A DNA stretch of 64,000 bases from Candidatus Peregrinibacteria bacterium GW2011_GWF2_43_17 (GTDB taxonomy: Bacteria; Patescibacteriota; Gracilibacteria; UBA1369; UBA12470). A program made the translations under genes and the position numbers. Where the stretch lies: NCBI GenBank assembly GCA_000999315.1, contig LCFW01000003.1, positions 20,686 to 84,685 on the forward strand, in the 5' to 3' direction. Position 1 is the stretch's first letter. Every line of letters begins with the position of its first letter. Positions 8,642 through 20,552 of this stretch are shown here, one piece after another. The notes below the pieces were generated by a model. It did no database searches, had not been told where the DNA came from, and worked only from the letters and a program-made list of their open reading frames with translations.

Positions 8642-11600
8642 ATGCCCAACCGCAAATTTCTCAAGAAAAACGCGTTTGAATATCCCCTGCCAAATCTGAT
8701 AGAAATCCAAACGGACAGCTACAACTGGTTCCTGAAAGAAGGGATCAGGGAGCTTCTGGATGAAATCTCTCCGATAACGGATTTCTCGGGTAAAAAACTC
8801 GAACTGCACTTCTTGGAACATTCAGTCGGAACTGCAAAATACGACCCGAAAGAGTGTAGGAATAAAAATACCACCTACGAAGCTCCTCTCAAAGTTCACG
8901 TTCAATTAATCAACAAGGAGTCCGGGGAAATCAAAGAACAGGACGTATTTTTGGGCGGGGTCCCTCTTATGACGGATGCGGGAACTTTTATCATAAATGG
9001 CATAGAAAGAGTTGTGGTAAGCCAATTGGTAAGATCTCCGGGTGTGTTTTTCGGCAGAAGCCCGCTGGCTCCTCAATATTGCGCAGCAAAAATCATCCCG
9101 AAAAGAGGTGCGTGGCTCGAAATCGAAACGGATAAAAAAGGTGTGATTACAGTCAAAATAGATCGCAAAAGAAAAATCTACTTAACAAGCCTGTTTAGAG
9201 TATTTGGATACGAAACGGATCAAAAAATACTCAATTTGTTTAAAGATTTGGTTCAAGACCCGACGAAAGATCACATATTTTTAACATTACAAAAGGACCC
9301 GGCTAAAACGGTTGATGAAGCTTACAAAAGCATTTACAAAAAAATCAGGCCCGGCGATTTGGCAACACCTGAAAACGCGAGAGCCCTTATCGAATCCATG
9401 TTCTTCGATTACAGAAAGTACGACATGGGCGCGGTTGCAAGATATAAATTAAACCGAAGATTCGGCCTAACAACTCCGAACAAGAAGAAATATCACACCT
9501 TCCAAGTGGACGATCTTGTTCAAATTATCAGACACCTTCTCGAATTAAATAAAGGAGAAGGAATCACTGACGACATAGACCACCTCTCAAACAGAAGAAT
9601 TCGAGCTGTCGGCGAACTCGTACAAAACAAGTTCCGAGTAGGCCTGCTTAGAACCGACAGAATAGCGAAAGACAGAATGACGGTAATGGAATTGGAAACC
9701 ATCACGCCAACTCAACTTATCAACTCACGACCGATAACGGCGGCACTGAGAGAGTTTTACGCAAGCTCGCAATTATCGCAATTCATGGATCAAACCAACC
9801 CTCTTGCCGAACTTGAACATAAGAGAAGATTGTCAGCCATGGGTCCGGGAGGTTTGAGCAGAGAAAGAGCCTCGTTCGACGTACGCGACGTACACGCATC
9901 TCACTACGGCAGAATCTGCCCGGTAGCGACACCTGAAGGTCCGAACATCGGTCTCGTAGTACATTTGGCAACTTACGCGAAACTAAACAAGTATGGATTT
10001 ATCGAAACTCCTTTTAGAAAGGTCTCAAAAGCATGTCCGAACAAAGCATCCGAGCTCGCAGGAAGAACAACGGCCGGCGAAATTAAAGACAACAAAGGAA
10101 AATCAATCGCAAAATCAGGAGATGTCATCACCGAAGCTCAAGCAAAAGCGATAGAAAAAATCAAAGACCTCAAAGAGATTCCCGTCAGAACTTACGTAAC
10201 AAAAGAGGTCGCGTATTACGATGCCGAAGACGAAATGGAACTTACGGTCGCCCAAGCCAACTCGGAACTCAACGAACAAGGAGAGTTCGTTCAAAACCGC
10301 GTTGCGGCAAGAGTAAAAAACGAAGCCATCTCGGCACACATAAAAGATGTCACACACATCGATATTTCACCGAAACAGATTGTTTCAATATCAACATCTT
10401 TGATCCCGTTCCTTGAGCACGACGACAACACTCGCGCATCAATGGGTTCGAACATGCAACGTCAAGCCGTACCTCTGCTCAAACCGCACGCTCCGATAGT
10501 CGGAACCGGTGTCGAAAAAATTTCGGCTGAAAGTTCCGGTCAAGTAATAACGGCGGACGGCCCGGGAACAATCACCTACGTTGACGCAAACGAGATTGTC
10601 GTTATGTACGATAACGGAAAGAAAAAAACTTACGACTTAAGAGTTTATGAACGCTCGAACCAAGCGACTTGCTTCCATCAAAGAGCGGTTTGCTTAAAAG
10701 GCTCGAAAGTCAAAAAAGGAGATGTATTGGCAGACGGAACCGCAACCGAAGATGGAGAATTGGCTCTCGGTCAAAACATGTTGGTAGCTTATTTAAGCTG
10801 GCAAGGTTACAACTATGAAGATGCCGTCATACTTTCGGAAAAACTTGTCCACAATGACTCGTACAGTTCGGTACACATTGAAACTTTTACAATAGATATC
10901 AGAGATACGAAACTCGGTCCCGAAATAGTCACGAGAGATATACCCAATGTAGGCGAAGCCAAATTAAAAGACCTCGACGATAAAGGCATCGTAAGAATCG
11001 GCGCATCGGTACGAGAAGGAGACATATTGGTAGGCAAAATCACACCAAAAGGCGAAACCGAATTAACAGCCGAAGAAAGACTTTTAAGAGCGATATTCGG
11101 AGAAAAAGCTCGCGACGTAAAAGACACATCTCTAAGACTCCCGGGCGGAGAAGGCGGGAAGGTCGTAAACGTGCAAATTTTCGATAGAAAAAACGGTGAC
11201 GAACTCCCAACCGGCGTCAACCAGCAAATCAAAGTTGACGTTGCTCAAACAAGAAGAGTTTCAGTCGGCGATAAAGTCGCAGGTCGTCACGGCAACAAAG
11301 GCGTAATTTCGATCATAGTACCTGTTGAAGACATGCCTCACTTGCCGGATGGACGCCCCGTAGACGTAGTCTTGAACCCGCTCGGCGTATCAAGTCGTAT
11401 GAATATCGGACAGATTTTGGAAACCCATTTGGGTTGGGCTTCCAAAGAACTTGGATTCAAAATCGCCACACCACCGCTCGAAGGTGTCACGAACGAAGAA
11501 ATAACTGGGTTATTGAAAGAAGCCAAACTGCCCATCACGGGTAAAATAGGACTTTACGACGGACGCACGGGCGAACCTTTCGATCACGAAACAACCGTCG

Positions 11601-12184
11601 GTATAGCTTATATAATGAAGCTCAATCACTTAATCGAAGATAAAATTCACGCTCGCTCCGTAGGCCCGTACTCTCTCGTAACTCAACAACCGCTGGGAGG
11701 CAAAGCGCAACACGGAGGTCAGAGATTCGGCGAAATGGAAGTTTGGGCGCTCGAAGCTTATGGCGCCGCCCATACCCTGCAAGAAATATTGACCATCAAA
11801 TCGGATGACGTTTACGGCAGAGCGAAAGCTTACGAATCAATCGTAAAAGAAGAACCGATCAAGAAACCTCGAACTCCGGAAAGCTTCAACGTTTTGGTCA
11901 AAGAACTTCAAAGCCTGGGATTGAATGTCGACTTGGTACAAAGCTCACCCGAAGCGGAAAGAAAAGCGGAAGAAGAGTATACGCAAGAAGAAGCTCTCGC
12001 AGATGAAGAGAATATAAATATTTTCAAAGGAGAAGAAGAGCTTGACGAAGGTGCGACGGGAACATCGAAAAAAGATCGCGCCGAAGAATTCGAGGACGAA
12101 ATCGAAGAAAAAGATTTGGATGAAATCGGAGATGAAGTTTACGACGAACTCGAAAAAATTCACAAAGGCAAAGCGAATAAATAA
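8642..12184 (+). CDS. rpoB: RNA polymerase beta subunit
   Basis: SQLSQFMDQTNPL, GDKVAGRHGNKG, GGQRFGEME. Confidence 0.99.
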   Translation: MPNRKFLKKNAFEYPLPNLIEIQTDSYNWFLKEGIRELLDEISPITDFSGKKLELHFLEHSVGTAKYDPKECRNKNTTYEAPLKVHVQLINKESGEIKEQDVFLGGVPLMTDAGTFIINGIERVVVSQLVRSPGVFFGRSPLAPQYCAAKIIPKRGAWLEIETDKKGVITVKIDRKRKIYLTSLFRVFGYETDQKILNLFKDLVQDPTKDHIFLTLQKDPAKTVDEAYKSIYKKIRPGDLATPENARALIESMFFDYRKYDMGAVARYKLNRRFGLTTPNKKKYHTFQVDDLVQIIRHLLELNKGEGITDDIDHLSNRRIRAVGELVQNKFRVGLLRTDRIAKDRMTVMELETITPTQLINSRPITAALREFYASSQLSQFMDQTNPLAELEHKRRLSAMGPGGLSRERASFDVRDVHASHYGRICPVATPEGPNIGLVVHLATYAKLNKYGFIETPFRKVSKACPNKASELAGRTTAGEIKDNKGKSIAKSGDVITEAQAKAIEKIKDLKEIPVRTYVTKEVAYYDAEDEMELTVAQANSELNEQGEFVQNRVAARVKNEAISAHIKDVTHIDISPKQIVSISTSLIPFLEHDDNTRASMGSNMQRQAVPLLKPHAPIVGTGVEKISAESSGQVITADGPGTITYVDANEIVVMYDNGKKKTYDLRVYERSNQATCFHQRAVCLKGSKVKKGDVLADGTATEDGELALGQNMLVAYLSWQGYNYEDAVILSEKLVHNDSYSSVHIETFTIDIRDTKLGPEIVTRDIPNVGEAKLKDLDDKGIVRIGASVREGDILVGKITPKGETELTAEERLLRAIFGEKARDVKDTSLRLPGGEGGKVVNVQIFDRKNGDELPTGVNQQIKVDVAQTRRVSVGDKVAGRHGNKGVISIIVPVEDMPHLPDGRPVDVVLNPLGVSSRMNIGQILETHLGWASKELGFKIATPPLEGVTNEEITGLLKEAKLPITGKIGLYDGRTGEPFDHETTVGIAYIMKLNHLIEDKIHARSVGPYSLVTQQPLGGKAQHGGQRFGEMEVWALEAYGAAHTLQEILTIKSDDVYGRAKAYESIVKEEPIKKPRTPESFNVLVKELQSLGLNVDLVQSSPEAERKAEEEYTQEEALADEENINIFKGEEELDEGATGTSKKDRAEEFEDEIEEKDLDEIGDEVYDELEKIHKGKANK

Positions 12185-12215
12185 GTTCCAAGTTTAAAAC
12201 TCTAATATAACTCCC

Positions 12216-12668
12216 ATGCGTAGCATCAATAAAGTAATCTTAATCGGCAACGTAACAAGAGACCCTTCCGTAAGACAAACTCCCAGCAATCAATCGGTTT
12301 GCACTTTCGGACTCGCGACTAACAGAAGATGGGTTACGGCGTCCGGTCAACAGCAAAACTCTGCGGAATTCCACGAACTCGTAGCTTGGTCCAAACTTGC
12401 CGAAACATGTGAAAAATACGTACGAAAAGGAAAACTTCTTTACATCGAAGGTTATCTCAAAACACGAAGCTGGGACACACCCGAAGGAGTCAAGAAATTC
12501 AAAACCGAAATAATAGTTCAAGATCTGATCATGCTGGAAAAAAGAGCAAGAACTCAAGAAGACGGCGAATATGTCACCGAAGACACACAACCCGCACCCG
12601 AAGAACCGAAAACGGACGAGCCAACACCTGAAGCGCCAACGGATATCGAATCCGACTTGGGACTTTAA
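12216..12668 (+). CDS. ssb: single-stranded DNA-binding protein
   Basis: INKVILIGN..RDP, F.LATNRRW, KGKLLYIEG.L.TRSW; acidic tail. Confidence 0.93.
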   Translation: MRSINKVILIGNVTRDPSVRQTPSNQSVCTFGLATNRRWVTASGQQQNSAEFHELVAWSKLAETCEKYVRKGKLLYIEGYLKTRSWDTPEGVKKFKTEIIVQDLIMLEKRARTQEDGEYVTEDTQPAPEEPKTDEPTPEAPTDIESDLGL

Positions 12669-12700
12669 ACTCCAAACTTTAATCTATTAACCAACATTTC

Positions 12701-15700
12701 ATGTTCGATAAGAAAAAAGACCAGTACTCCGGATTCGACTCGGTGGCGATATCGATCGCTTCACCGGACCAAATTCTTTCATGGTCTCATGGTGAAGTGA
12801 AAAAACCGGAAACCATAAACTACAGAACTCAAAAACCGGAAAAGGACGGCTTGTTCTGTGAAAGAATTTTCGGTCCCACGAAAAACTGGGAATGTTATTG
12901 CGGCAAATACAAGAGAATTAGATATAAAGGAGTGATTTGCGAAAAATGCGGCGTCGAAGTCACAAGATCGATAGTAAGACGCGAAAGGATGGGACATATC
13001 AAGTTGGCAGTTCCGGTAACACACATCTGGTTCTTGAGATCAACCCCGAGCAGAATCGGTCTTCTTCTCGATCTCCCGGTAAAAACAATGGAACAAGTGG
13101 TTTATTTCGCTTCATACATAATCACGCAAGTGGATGACAAAGCCAGAAAAGACGCGGAAGAACAACTTAAAGAAGAGTTTAAAAATTACAAAATTAAACA
13201 GAAAAAAGAGCTTCAAGAAAAAATTCGCGAAATCGAAAAAAACAAGGAACTTCCAAAAGAAGCTAAGGCAAAAAAGATTGAAGAACTTGAAAAAGAAGGT
13301 GCGATGAAAGCCGAAGAGCTTATAGAACAACATCAGAAAGCAAAAGAAGATATTTCAACCTTAAAAGTCGGCTCAATTCTTTCCGAAATTCAATTCAGAG
13401 AAATGTCCATGAAATTCGGACATCTTTTTAAAGCGGGAACCGGCGCCGAATCAATCAGGGATATAATCAAAGAATTGGATTTGAAAAAACTGTCCGACGA
13501 ATTGCAAAAAGAGTCGGAAAAAGCCAGCGGCCAAAAAAGAAAGAAGCTCGTAAAAAGAGCCAAGCTGGCAAGCGGTCTGGAAAAAGCCGGAATAAATCCC
13601 GAATGGATGGTTTTAACCATCCTTCCCGTAATTCCGCCGGATTTGAGACCGATGGTACAGCTTGACGGAGGAAGATTCGCAGCATCCGACTTAAACGACC
13701 TGTACAGAAGAGTAATCAACAGAAACAACAGGTTGAAAAAACTTATGGCAATCGGCGCTCCGGAAGTAATCTGCAGAAATGAAAAAAGAATGCTCCAGGA
13801 AGCCGTAGACACTTTGATAAACAACTCCGCAAGACAAGGTCGAACGGTATTCAACACGGGCGACAAACGCAAATTGAGATCTCTTTCCGATATGTTAAAA
13901 GGCAAGCAAGGTCGCTTCAGACAAAACCTCCTTGGTAAACGTGTAGACTACTCCGGTCGTTCGGTAATCGTAGTAGGTCCGAAATTGAAACTTCACCAAT
14001 GCGGTCTGCCGAAAACAATGGCACTGGAATTATTCAAGCCTTTTGTAATCGGAAGACTTATAAAAGAGAACTACGCGCACAACATCAAGATCGCAGAAAA
14101 ACTGATCATGTCCGGCAAAAAAGAGGTTTGGGATATTTTGGAAGAGATAACCAAAAATCACTACGTACTTTTAAATCGCGCTCCAACATTGCACAGACTT
14201 GGGATCCAGGCTTTCCAGCCGGTATTGGTGGAAGGCAAAGCCATCCAGGTACATCCGCTGGTTTGCGCGGCTTTCAACGCCGACTTCGACGGAGACCAGA
14301 TGGCGGTACATATTCCCCTTTCCAGATCAGCGCAAAAAGAGGCGAGAGAAATCATGTCTTCAGTCAAAAACTTATTGAAACCATCAGCCGGCACTCCGAT
14401 CACAACGGCAGCTCAAGATATGATCTTGGGTTGTTATTATTTGACTCAAGTTCACGATGGTAAAAAGGGTGAAGGAATGGTTTTCTCAAACGCAAAAGAC
14501 GCCATATTGAATCTCGAACTCGGCAATACTCATCTGCAATCAAAAATCAAGGTACGAATCGACGGAGAACTTATGGAAACTTCAGTCGGAAGAGTGATTT
14601 TCAATCAAATAATTCCAAAAGAACTCGGCTATAAAAACAAGGTGATGAAAAAAGGAGATTTGAAAAATCTCATCTCTGAATGTTTGGAAAAACTTGATCA
14701 AGACACAACCGCAAAACTTTCCGACGACATAAAGAAAATCGGTTTCGAATACGCAACCCTATCGGGTCTTTCAATAGCAAGTTCCGACATGCAAATACCG
14801 AAAGAAAAAGATGAATTGGTGGCACAAGCCGATGAAATTGTAAGAAAAATCAACAACCAATATTGGAAAGGATTAATCACGGAAGAGGAAAGATACAACA
14901 ATACGATTAAAATTTGGGCCAGAACAAAAAACGACATCGCAACAGCGATGATCGGAACTTTCGACGAAGAAAACGATATTTTCTACATGATTGACTCGCA
15001 AGCCAGAGGTAACTGGGGGCAAATCACACAGCTTTGCGGTATGAAAGGCTTGGTTGCTAATCCTGCCGGTAAAACTATCGAACTCCCCGTTAAATCCAAC
15101 TTGAAAGAAGGTTTCAGCATTTTGGAATACTTCATAGCCACTCACGGAGGAAGGAAAGGTAAATCGGACACGGCTCTAAAAACCGCCGAAGCCGGCTACC
15201 TGACACGCCGCCTCGTAGACGCCGTCCAAGATATCGTAATCAAAGAAGTGGACTGCGGCTCAAACCACAAACATCTTATCACCGAAGAAGAAAGCGAAAA
15301 GATCGGTGAAGCGTTTGCAAACAGAATTTTCGGTCGCACTCTCGCCGAACACGTAGTACACCCGGAAACGGGAGAAATCCTCCTTAAAAAAGGCTCCGAA
15401 CTGGACAATGCCGCGGTGAGAACAGTCGTAAACAATGACGTGGACCACATTTCGGTCAGATCGGTTATGGCTTGCCAAACAGAAGGTGGCATTTGCCAAA
15501 AATGTTATGGCAGAGATTTGGGCGGAAGCAAAACAATACAACTTGGAACGGCGGTAGGCATCATCGCCGCACAAAGTATCGGTGAACCTGGTACACAGCT
15601 AACCATGAGAACATTCCACATGGGTGGAGTTGCCGACAGCGGCGACATCACTCAAGGTTTGACTCGCGTGGAAGAACTTTTCGAAGCGCGCCCGCCAAAA

Positions 15701-16543
15701 ACTCCGGCCATAATCACCGAAGTCGCCGGTAAAGTTAAAATTAAACACAAAGCGGCAACCAACGAAATTACGATTATCAGCGAAGAGCCGATGGAGTTCA
15801 TCTACCACATCGCAAAAAACTATAAACTCGATATCAAAGAAGGCGACAAAGTGAAAGCGGGACAAGTTCTCGCAAAAGGCAAATCCAAGAAACAAATCGT
15901 AACGGCTGAAGGCAAAGGCGTTGTAAACAAAATCACGAAAACAACAATCGTACTTCTCAGCGAAGGCACAATCGAAAAAGCTTACGAGATCCCGGCAAAG
16001 AGAACTTTGAAAGTAAAAAACGGCGACATGGTTAAAGCCGGCACCGCACTTACATCGGGTCACGTCAATTTGAGAGAATTACAGCAAGTAACCAACATCT
16101 ACGCCGTACAAAAATACATCATGGCCGAAGTACAAAGTATTTACGCTTCGCAAGGGCAAACGATTAACGACAAACATATCGAAATCATCATCAGGCAAAT
16201 GTTCTCCAAAGCCAGAATCGCAGACCCCGGAGATACGGATTATATAGTCGGAGAAATTGTAGATGCTCTTAAACTCGAAAAAGCGAATACCGAAATAAAG
16301 AAAAAAGGGAAACAACAAGCGGAATTCGAAAGACTGCTCCTCGGTTTGACAAGAATAGCCCTGCACACATCGAGCTGGCTGTCGGCCGCATCCTTCCAAG
16401 AAACAATCAGAGTATTAGTCGAAGCGGCAACAACAAAACGAGTGGATGAGTTGAAAGGATTAAAAGAAAACGTAATAATCGGTAAATTAATCCCAACGGG
16501 TGCGATATTCAGAAAAAGAATGGGGATTAAAGAAGAAAATTAA
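12701..16543 (+). CDS. rpoC: RNA polymerase beta' subunit
   Basis: NADFDGDQM catalytic motif, N-terminal Zn ribbon, [13 protein letters not shown]. Confidence 0.99.
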   Translation: MFDKKKDQYSGFDSVAISIASPDQILSWSHGEVKKPETINYRTQKPEKDGLFCERIFGPTKNWECYCGKYKRIRYKGVICEKCGVEVTRSIVRRERMGHIKLAVPVTHIWFLRSTPSRIGLLLDLPVKTMEQVVYFASYIITQVDDKARKDAEEQLKEEFKNYKIKQKKELQEKIREIEKNKELPKEAKAKKIEELEKEGAMKAEELIEQHQKAKEDISTLKVGSILSEIQFREMSMKFGHLFKAGTGAESIRDIIKELDLKKLSDELQKESEKASGQKRKKLVKRAKLASGLEKAGINPEWMVLTILPVIPPDLRPMVQLDGGRFAASDLNDLYRRVINRNNRLKKLMAIGAPEVICRNEKRMLQEAVDTLINNSARQGRTVFNTGDKRKLRSLSDMLKGKQGRFRQNLLGKRVDYSGRSVIVVGPKLKLHQCGLPKTMALELFKPFVIGRLIKENYAHNIKIAEKLIMSGKKEVWDILEEITKNHYVLLNRAPTLHRLGIQAFQPVLVEGKAIQVHPLVCAAFNADFDGDQMAVHIPLSRSAQKEAREIMSSVKNLLKPSAGTPITTAAQDMILGCYYLTQVHDGKKGEGMVFSNAKDAILNLELGNTHLQSKIKVRIDGELMETSVGRVIFNQIIPKELGYKNKVMKKGDLKNLISECLEKLDQDTTAKLSDDIKKIGFEYATLSGLSIASSDMQIPKEKDELVAQADEIVRKINNQYWKGLITEEERYNNTIKIWARTKNDIATAMIGTFDEENDIFYMIDSQARGNWGQITQLCGMKGLVANPAGKTIELPVKSNLKEGFSILEYFIATHGGRKGKSDTALKTAEAGYLTRRLVDAVQDIVIKEVDCGSNHKHLITEEESEKIGEAFANRIFGRTLAEHVVHPETGEILLKKGSELDNAAVRTVVNNDVDHISVRSVMACQTEGGICQKCYGRDLGGSKTIQLGTAVGIIAAQSIGEPGTQLTMRTFHMGGVADSGDITQGLTRVEELFEARPPKTPAIITEVAGKVKIKHKAATNEITIISEEPMEFIYHIAKNYKLDIKEGDKVKAGQVLAKGKSKKQIVTAEGKGVVNKITKTTIVLLSEGTIEKAYEIPAKRTLKVKNGDMVKAGTALTSGHVNLRELQQVTNIYAVQKYIMAEVQSIYASQGQTINDKHIEIIIRQMFSKARIADPGDTDYIVGEIVDALKLEKANTEIKKKGKQQAEFERLLLGLTRIALHTSSWLSAASFQETIRVLVEAATTKRVDELKGLKENVIIGKLIPTGAIFRKRMGIKEEN

Positions 16544-16623
16544 AAAACCTTGCAACAAGAAAATTTCTAGTATAAGCTTCCACGAGCAAAAAGGAACCCC
16601 AATATATTCAAGCCCATAAGATC

Positions 16624-17037
16624 ATGCCAACAATCAATCAATTAGTCAGAAAAGGACGGAAAAAAAAGGACAGAAAAAGCAAATCTCCGGCCCTCCAAAC
16701 GGTATTCAATACGCTTAAAAATCGTTCCGTATCCCTCCCCTGCCCGCAAAAACGCGGCGTATGCGTAAAGGTAACAACGAAAACACCGAAAAAACCAAAC
16801 TCCGCTCTTAGAAAAGTGGCCCACATCAGGCTTACAAACGGCCAAGAAGTAATCGCATACATCCCGGGTGAAGGACATAACCTGCAAGAACACTCGATAG
16901 TCACAATCAGAGGAGGCAGAGTAAAAGATCTTCCGGGCGTCAAATATCATGTCATTAGGGGCACTTTGGATACACAAGGCGTACAAAACAGAAAACAAGG
17001 TCGCTCAAGATACGGCGCCAAAAAACCGAAAGCTTAA
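16624..17037 (+). CDS. rpsL: 30S ribosomal protein S12
   Basis: [28 protein letters not shown]. Confidence 0.99.
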   Translation: MPTINQLVRKGRKKKDRKSKSPALQTVFNTLKNRSVSLPCPQKRGVCVKVTTKTPKKPNSALRKVAHIRLTNGQEVIAYIPGEGHNLQEHSIVTIRGGRVKDLPGVKYHVIRGTLDTQGVQNRKQGRSRYGAKKPKA

Positions 17038-17057
17038 ATAATCTCAATATACATAAA

Positions 17058-17513
17058 ATGGCAAAACGAAGATTTATCTACATCCCGGAAGCCTCGACTC
17101 TATTACAAGAAAAGTTTGTAAATTACATAATGCGAAGAGGCAAGAAAACAATCGCAAGGAACATTTTCCGAGAAACACTTGAAGAAATTAAGAAAAAAGG
17201 TAGCAAAGACCCCGGACAAGTTTTCGAGAGAGCGATAGAAAATGTTAAACCGGCAATGGAAGTTAGACCAAAAAGAATCGGCGGTGCGGTTTACCAAATA
17301 CCGATCGAAGTTAAACCGAGCAGACAGCTTATGCTCTCTTTCAGATGGGTCATGGAAGCCGCGAAAGCCAAAAAAGGCGCCAAAATGGCTATCAAATTGG
17401 CTCAAGAATTAATGGATGCCGCAAATCAAACCGGTTCTGCCATAAAGAAGAAAGAGGACGCACATAAGATGGCGCAAGCCAACAAGGCCTTCGCTCACTT
17501 GGCAAGATATTAG
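17058..17513 (+). CDS. rpsG: 30S ribosomal protein S7
   Basis: RIGGAVYQIP, HKMAQANKAFAH. Confidence 0.98.
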   Translation: MAKRRFIYIPEASTLLQEKFVNYIMRRGKKTIARNIFRETLEEIKKKGSKDPGQVFERAIENVKPAMEVRPKRIGGAVYQIPIEVKPSRQLMLSFRWVMEAAKAKKGAKMAIKLAQELMDAANQTGSAIKKKEDAHKMAQANKAFAHLARY

Positions 17514-17595
17514 AAAACTTTCACGTCACCAGTCACTAGTGACTAACAACTTATTTACCTATTAAACTATAGGTCGTCATTTTAAAAAACCCGAT

Positions 17596-18093
17596 ATGAA
17601 AAAAATAGTCGTAACACTTTCGATCATCACATTACTGGCATCCGGTTGCGGAGAACTCAGCACACTCAAATACAACGACGCCGTAGTTGAGAAAATAAAT
17701 AGCGCTTCCGACGCTTTAAACAAAACCATAAGCTCCTACGACGGGAATATACCGGATCTCGTAACCGAAGAAACCGAGATAGATACGACCGAGATGAAAA
17801 CGGCATGGGAAGACGCGAAAACCGCCGTTGAAAACTGCAAAGCCTTAACAACGCTCGTCGGCAAAGACCAATTGCAACAAGCCGAAGTAAACGCCGAACT
17901 CGAAAATTACCTGTCGATAACGGAAGAATATCTTTCAAGTTACGAAAAAATGTTGACCTATTACGAAAATGATGAATACAAAGACACACCTGAAAAAGTC
18001 AGCGAGTATGATGCCGAAATATACGAAAAAAGCTCGTTGATTTTCGATTCAAACAACACGCTCGAAGATATTTTGGAAAAATATGTAAAATAA
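17596..18093 (+). CDS. hypothetical lipoprotein
   Basis: MKK + hydrophobic stretch + lipobox ASGC; acidic helical body. Confidence 0.8.
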   Translation: MKKIVVTLSIITLLASGCGELSTLKYNDAVVEKINSASDALNKTISSYDGNIPDLVTEETEIDTTEMKTAWEDAKTAVENCKALTTLVGKDQLQQAEVNAELENYLSITEEYLSSYEKMLTYYENDEYKDTPEKVSEYDAEIYEKSSLIFDSNNTLEDILEKYVK

Positions 18094-18259
18094 GGGAACC
18101 TCTGAAAAATGTGGTTCCGTTACGAAATTCTCATTCTTTCGAGCGAAAATAGCGAAGACCGACGAAGTCGTATCGGAAGAAGATACGTCGAGAAGGTATG
18201 AGCTGTTTGCAGCCGAAAGATGGGAATTGCAGTAGGAAGCATGTTTTTCAGAGGTTCCC
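18094..18259. mobile_element. MITE-like hairpin element, 166 bp
   Basis: perfect 16-bp TIR GGGAACCTCTGAAAAA extending imperfectly for ~60 bp; TAA direct repeat on both flanks. Confidence 0.75.
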
Positions 18260-18292
18260 TAAGCAGTACCGCAATCCCGCTTCCGACGAGCC

Positions 18293-18320
18293 TTGACTTT
18301 GATTTGCCCATCCCTATAAT
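18293..18320 (+). promoter_or_regulatory. fusA promoter
   Basis: TTGACT-16nt-TATAAT. Confidence 0.7.
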
Positions 18321-18358
18321 GCTCCAGCAACTTTTTTTAACTGTATAAAAAAATTTAT

Positions 18359-20479
18359 ATGTCAAACGACCCTGCGATTGCGAATCTTAAAAAACTTAGA
18401 AACATCGGTATCATAGCGCATATCGATGCCGGCAAAACAACTTGTAGCGAAAGAGTACTTTTTTATACCGGTAAAAAACATCGAATTGGCGAGGTACACA
18501 ACGGTGAAGCCGAAATGGACTGGATGGAACAAGAAAAAGAGAGAGGAATCACTATTACGTCAGCGGCGACAACATGCTTTTGGAGCATAATGGGAATTGA
18601 AGATAAGCACAGAATTAACTTAATCGATACTCCGGGCCACGTGGATTTCACGGCCGAAGTTGAAAGATCGCTTCGCGTACTTGACGGAGGCGTTTGCGTT
18701 TTTGACGGGTCTCAAGGCGTAGAGCCACAGTCGGAAACGGTTTGGAGACAAGCCGACAAATACAGCGTTCCTCGCTTAGCCTTCGTCAACAAGATGGACA
18801 AATTGGGCGCGGATTTTTACATGAGCATAGATTCAATTTTGAAAAGACTCTCGAAAGACGCGATTGCAATTCAACTGCCAGTGGGAGCCGACAGCACCTT
18901 CTCCGCAATTGTAGATTTGATCAAGATGAAAACCTACATATTTGAAGGCGACAATGGTGAAAAAATCAGACTCGAAGATGTCCCGGCTGACATGATCGAA
19001 CAAGCGAAAGAGTACCGAGCGAAAATGGTGGAAAAAGTTGCCGAAATGACCGACGAACTCACAACAACATTTTTGGAAAAGGGCGATCTTACGGAAGAAC
19101 AAATCAACGAAGGTCTGCGAATCGGCACGATCTCAGGCAGACTTTTCCCGATTCTATGCGGATCCGCTTTGGACAACAAGGGCGTTCAATTGGTATTGGA
19201 TGCGGTAATAAAATATCTTCCCTCTCCATTGGATATCCCTCCGATGAAAGGAGAAAATCCAAACACCAAGACAATCGAAGAAAGAAAACCGGACTTCAAC
19301 GAACCTTTCTCCGCATTGGCATTCAAAATCGCAACCGATCCGTTCATCGGAAGACTGACTTTCATAAGAGTCTACTCGGGCAAGCTTGATGCCGGCAGTT
19401 ATGTTTACAACTCAACCTGTGATCAAAAAGAACGGGTGGGCCGACTTGTACAAATGCACGCGAATCATAGAGAAGAAATCAAGGAGGTTCAAGCGGGCGA
19501 TATAGCCGCCGTAGTAGGTTTAAAAAGGACTCTGACCGGCAACACCCTTTGTGAAGAGAAACATCCGATAATTCTGGAATCCATCGATTTTCCGGAACCG
19601 GTAATCGACATCTCGATTGAACCGAAAACAAAAGCCGATCAAGAAAAGATGGCATTGGCCCTGCAAAAACTCGCCGAAGAAGATCCGACATTCCGAGTAC
19701 GAAGCGATGAAGAAACCGGTCAAACAATTATCGCGGGTATGGGAGAACTTCACTTGGATATCATCGTGGATCGCTTGAGAAGAGAGTTCAAAGTCGAAGC
19801 CAACGTCGGCAAACCGCAAGTTGCCTACAGAGAAACGATCAGCAAAGCGGCTGAAGGCGAAGAGAAATACGCAAAACAAACCGGTGGTCGAGGTCAATAC
19901 GGACACGTTGTAATAAATCTTATACCGAGAGAACCGGGCGCGGGTTATGAATTCGTAAATGCGATCGTCGGAGGAAAAATCCCGAGAGAATATATTCCTG
20001 CCGTAGATAAAGGCATTCAAGAAGCGATGACCAGAGGAATATTCGCGGGCTTCCCCGTCGTAGACGTAAAAGTTGAACTCACCGACGGCTCGTACCACGA
20101 CGTAGACTCTTCCGAAATGGCATTCAAAATCGCAGGCTCTCTTGCATTTCAAAAAGCCGCGAAAGCGGGTCATCCGGTACTTCTCGAGCCCATAATGAAA
20201 ATCGAAGCAACAACGCCTGAAGATTACATGGGCGACGTAATGGGAGATTTGAATTCGAGAAGAGGTCAAATTCGTGAAATGGGAGACCGAGGGATGGTAA
20301 AATTCATAAAAGCTCTCGTACCGCTCGCTGAAATGTTCGGCTACGCAACAGATTTAAGATCCATGTCTCAGGGACGCGCCGGATATACAATGGAATTCGG
20401 TCATTACGACAAAGTACCGAGCAATATTGCCGAAAAAGTAAAAGAGGAAAGAGGCGGCGGAACAACAGCCAGAGCATAA
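18359..20479 (+). CDS. fusA: elongation factor G
   Basis: [30 protein letters not shown]. Confidence 0.99.
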   Translation: MSNDPAIANLKKLRNIGIIAHIDAGKTTCSERVLFYTGKKHRIGEVHNGEAEMDWMEQEKERGITITSAATTCFWSIMGIEDKHRINLIDTPGHVDFTAEVERSLRVLDGGVCVFDGSQGVEPQSETVWRQADKYSVPRLAFVNKMDKLGADFYMSIDSILKRLSKDAIAIQLPVGADSTFSAIVDLIKMKTYIFEGDNGEKIRLEDVPADMIEQAKEYRAKMVEKVAEMTDELTTTFLEKGDLTEEQINEGLRIGTISGRLFPILCGSALDNKGVQLVLDAVIKYLPSPLDIPPMKGENPNTKTIEERKPDFNEPFSALAFKIATDPFIGRLTFIRVYSGKLDAGSYVYNSTCDQKERVGRLVQMHANHREEIKEVQAGDIAAVVGLKRTLTGNTLCEEKHPIILESIDFPEPVIDISIEPKTKADQEKMALALQKLAEEDPTFRVRSDEETGQTIIAGMGELHLDIIVDRLRREFKVEANVGKPQVAYRETISKAAEGEEKYAKQTGGRGQYGHVVINLIPREPGAGYEFVNAIVGGKIPREYIPAVDKGIQEAMTRGIFAGFPVVDVKVELTDGSYHDVDSSEMAFKIAGSLAFQKAAKAGHPVLLEPIMKIEATTPEDYMGDVMGDLNSRRGQIREMGDRGMVKFIKALVPLAEMFGYATDLRSMSQGRAGYTMEFGHYDKVPSNIAEKVKEERGGGTTARA

Positions 20480-20486
20480 TTTCAGC

Positions 20487-20515
20487 TTGCGTTTTACAAC
20501 CTTTTCAAATAAAAT
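20487..20515 (+). promoter_or_regulatory. tuf promoter
   Basis: TTGCGT-17nt-TAAAAT. Confidence 0.55.
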
Positions 20516-20552
20516 TTGCAGGCATTTAACAAGTCAATAACAATCAAACACT

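Noticed and set aside
18120..18365. 81-aa minus-strand ORF
   Set aside because: It spans the MITE and the fusA promoter and is probably spurious.
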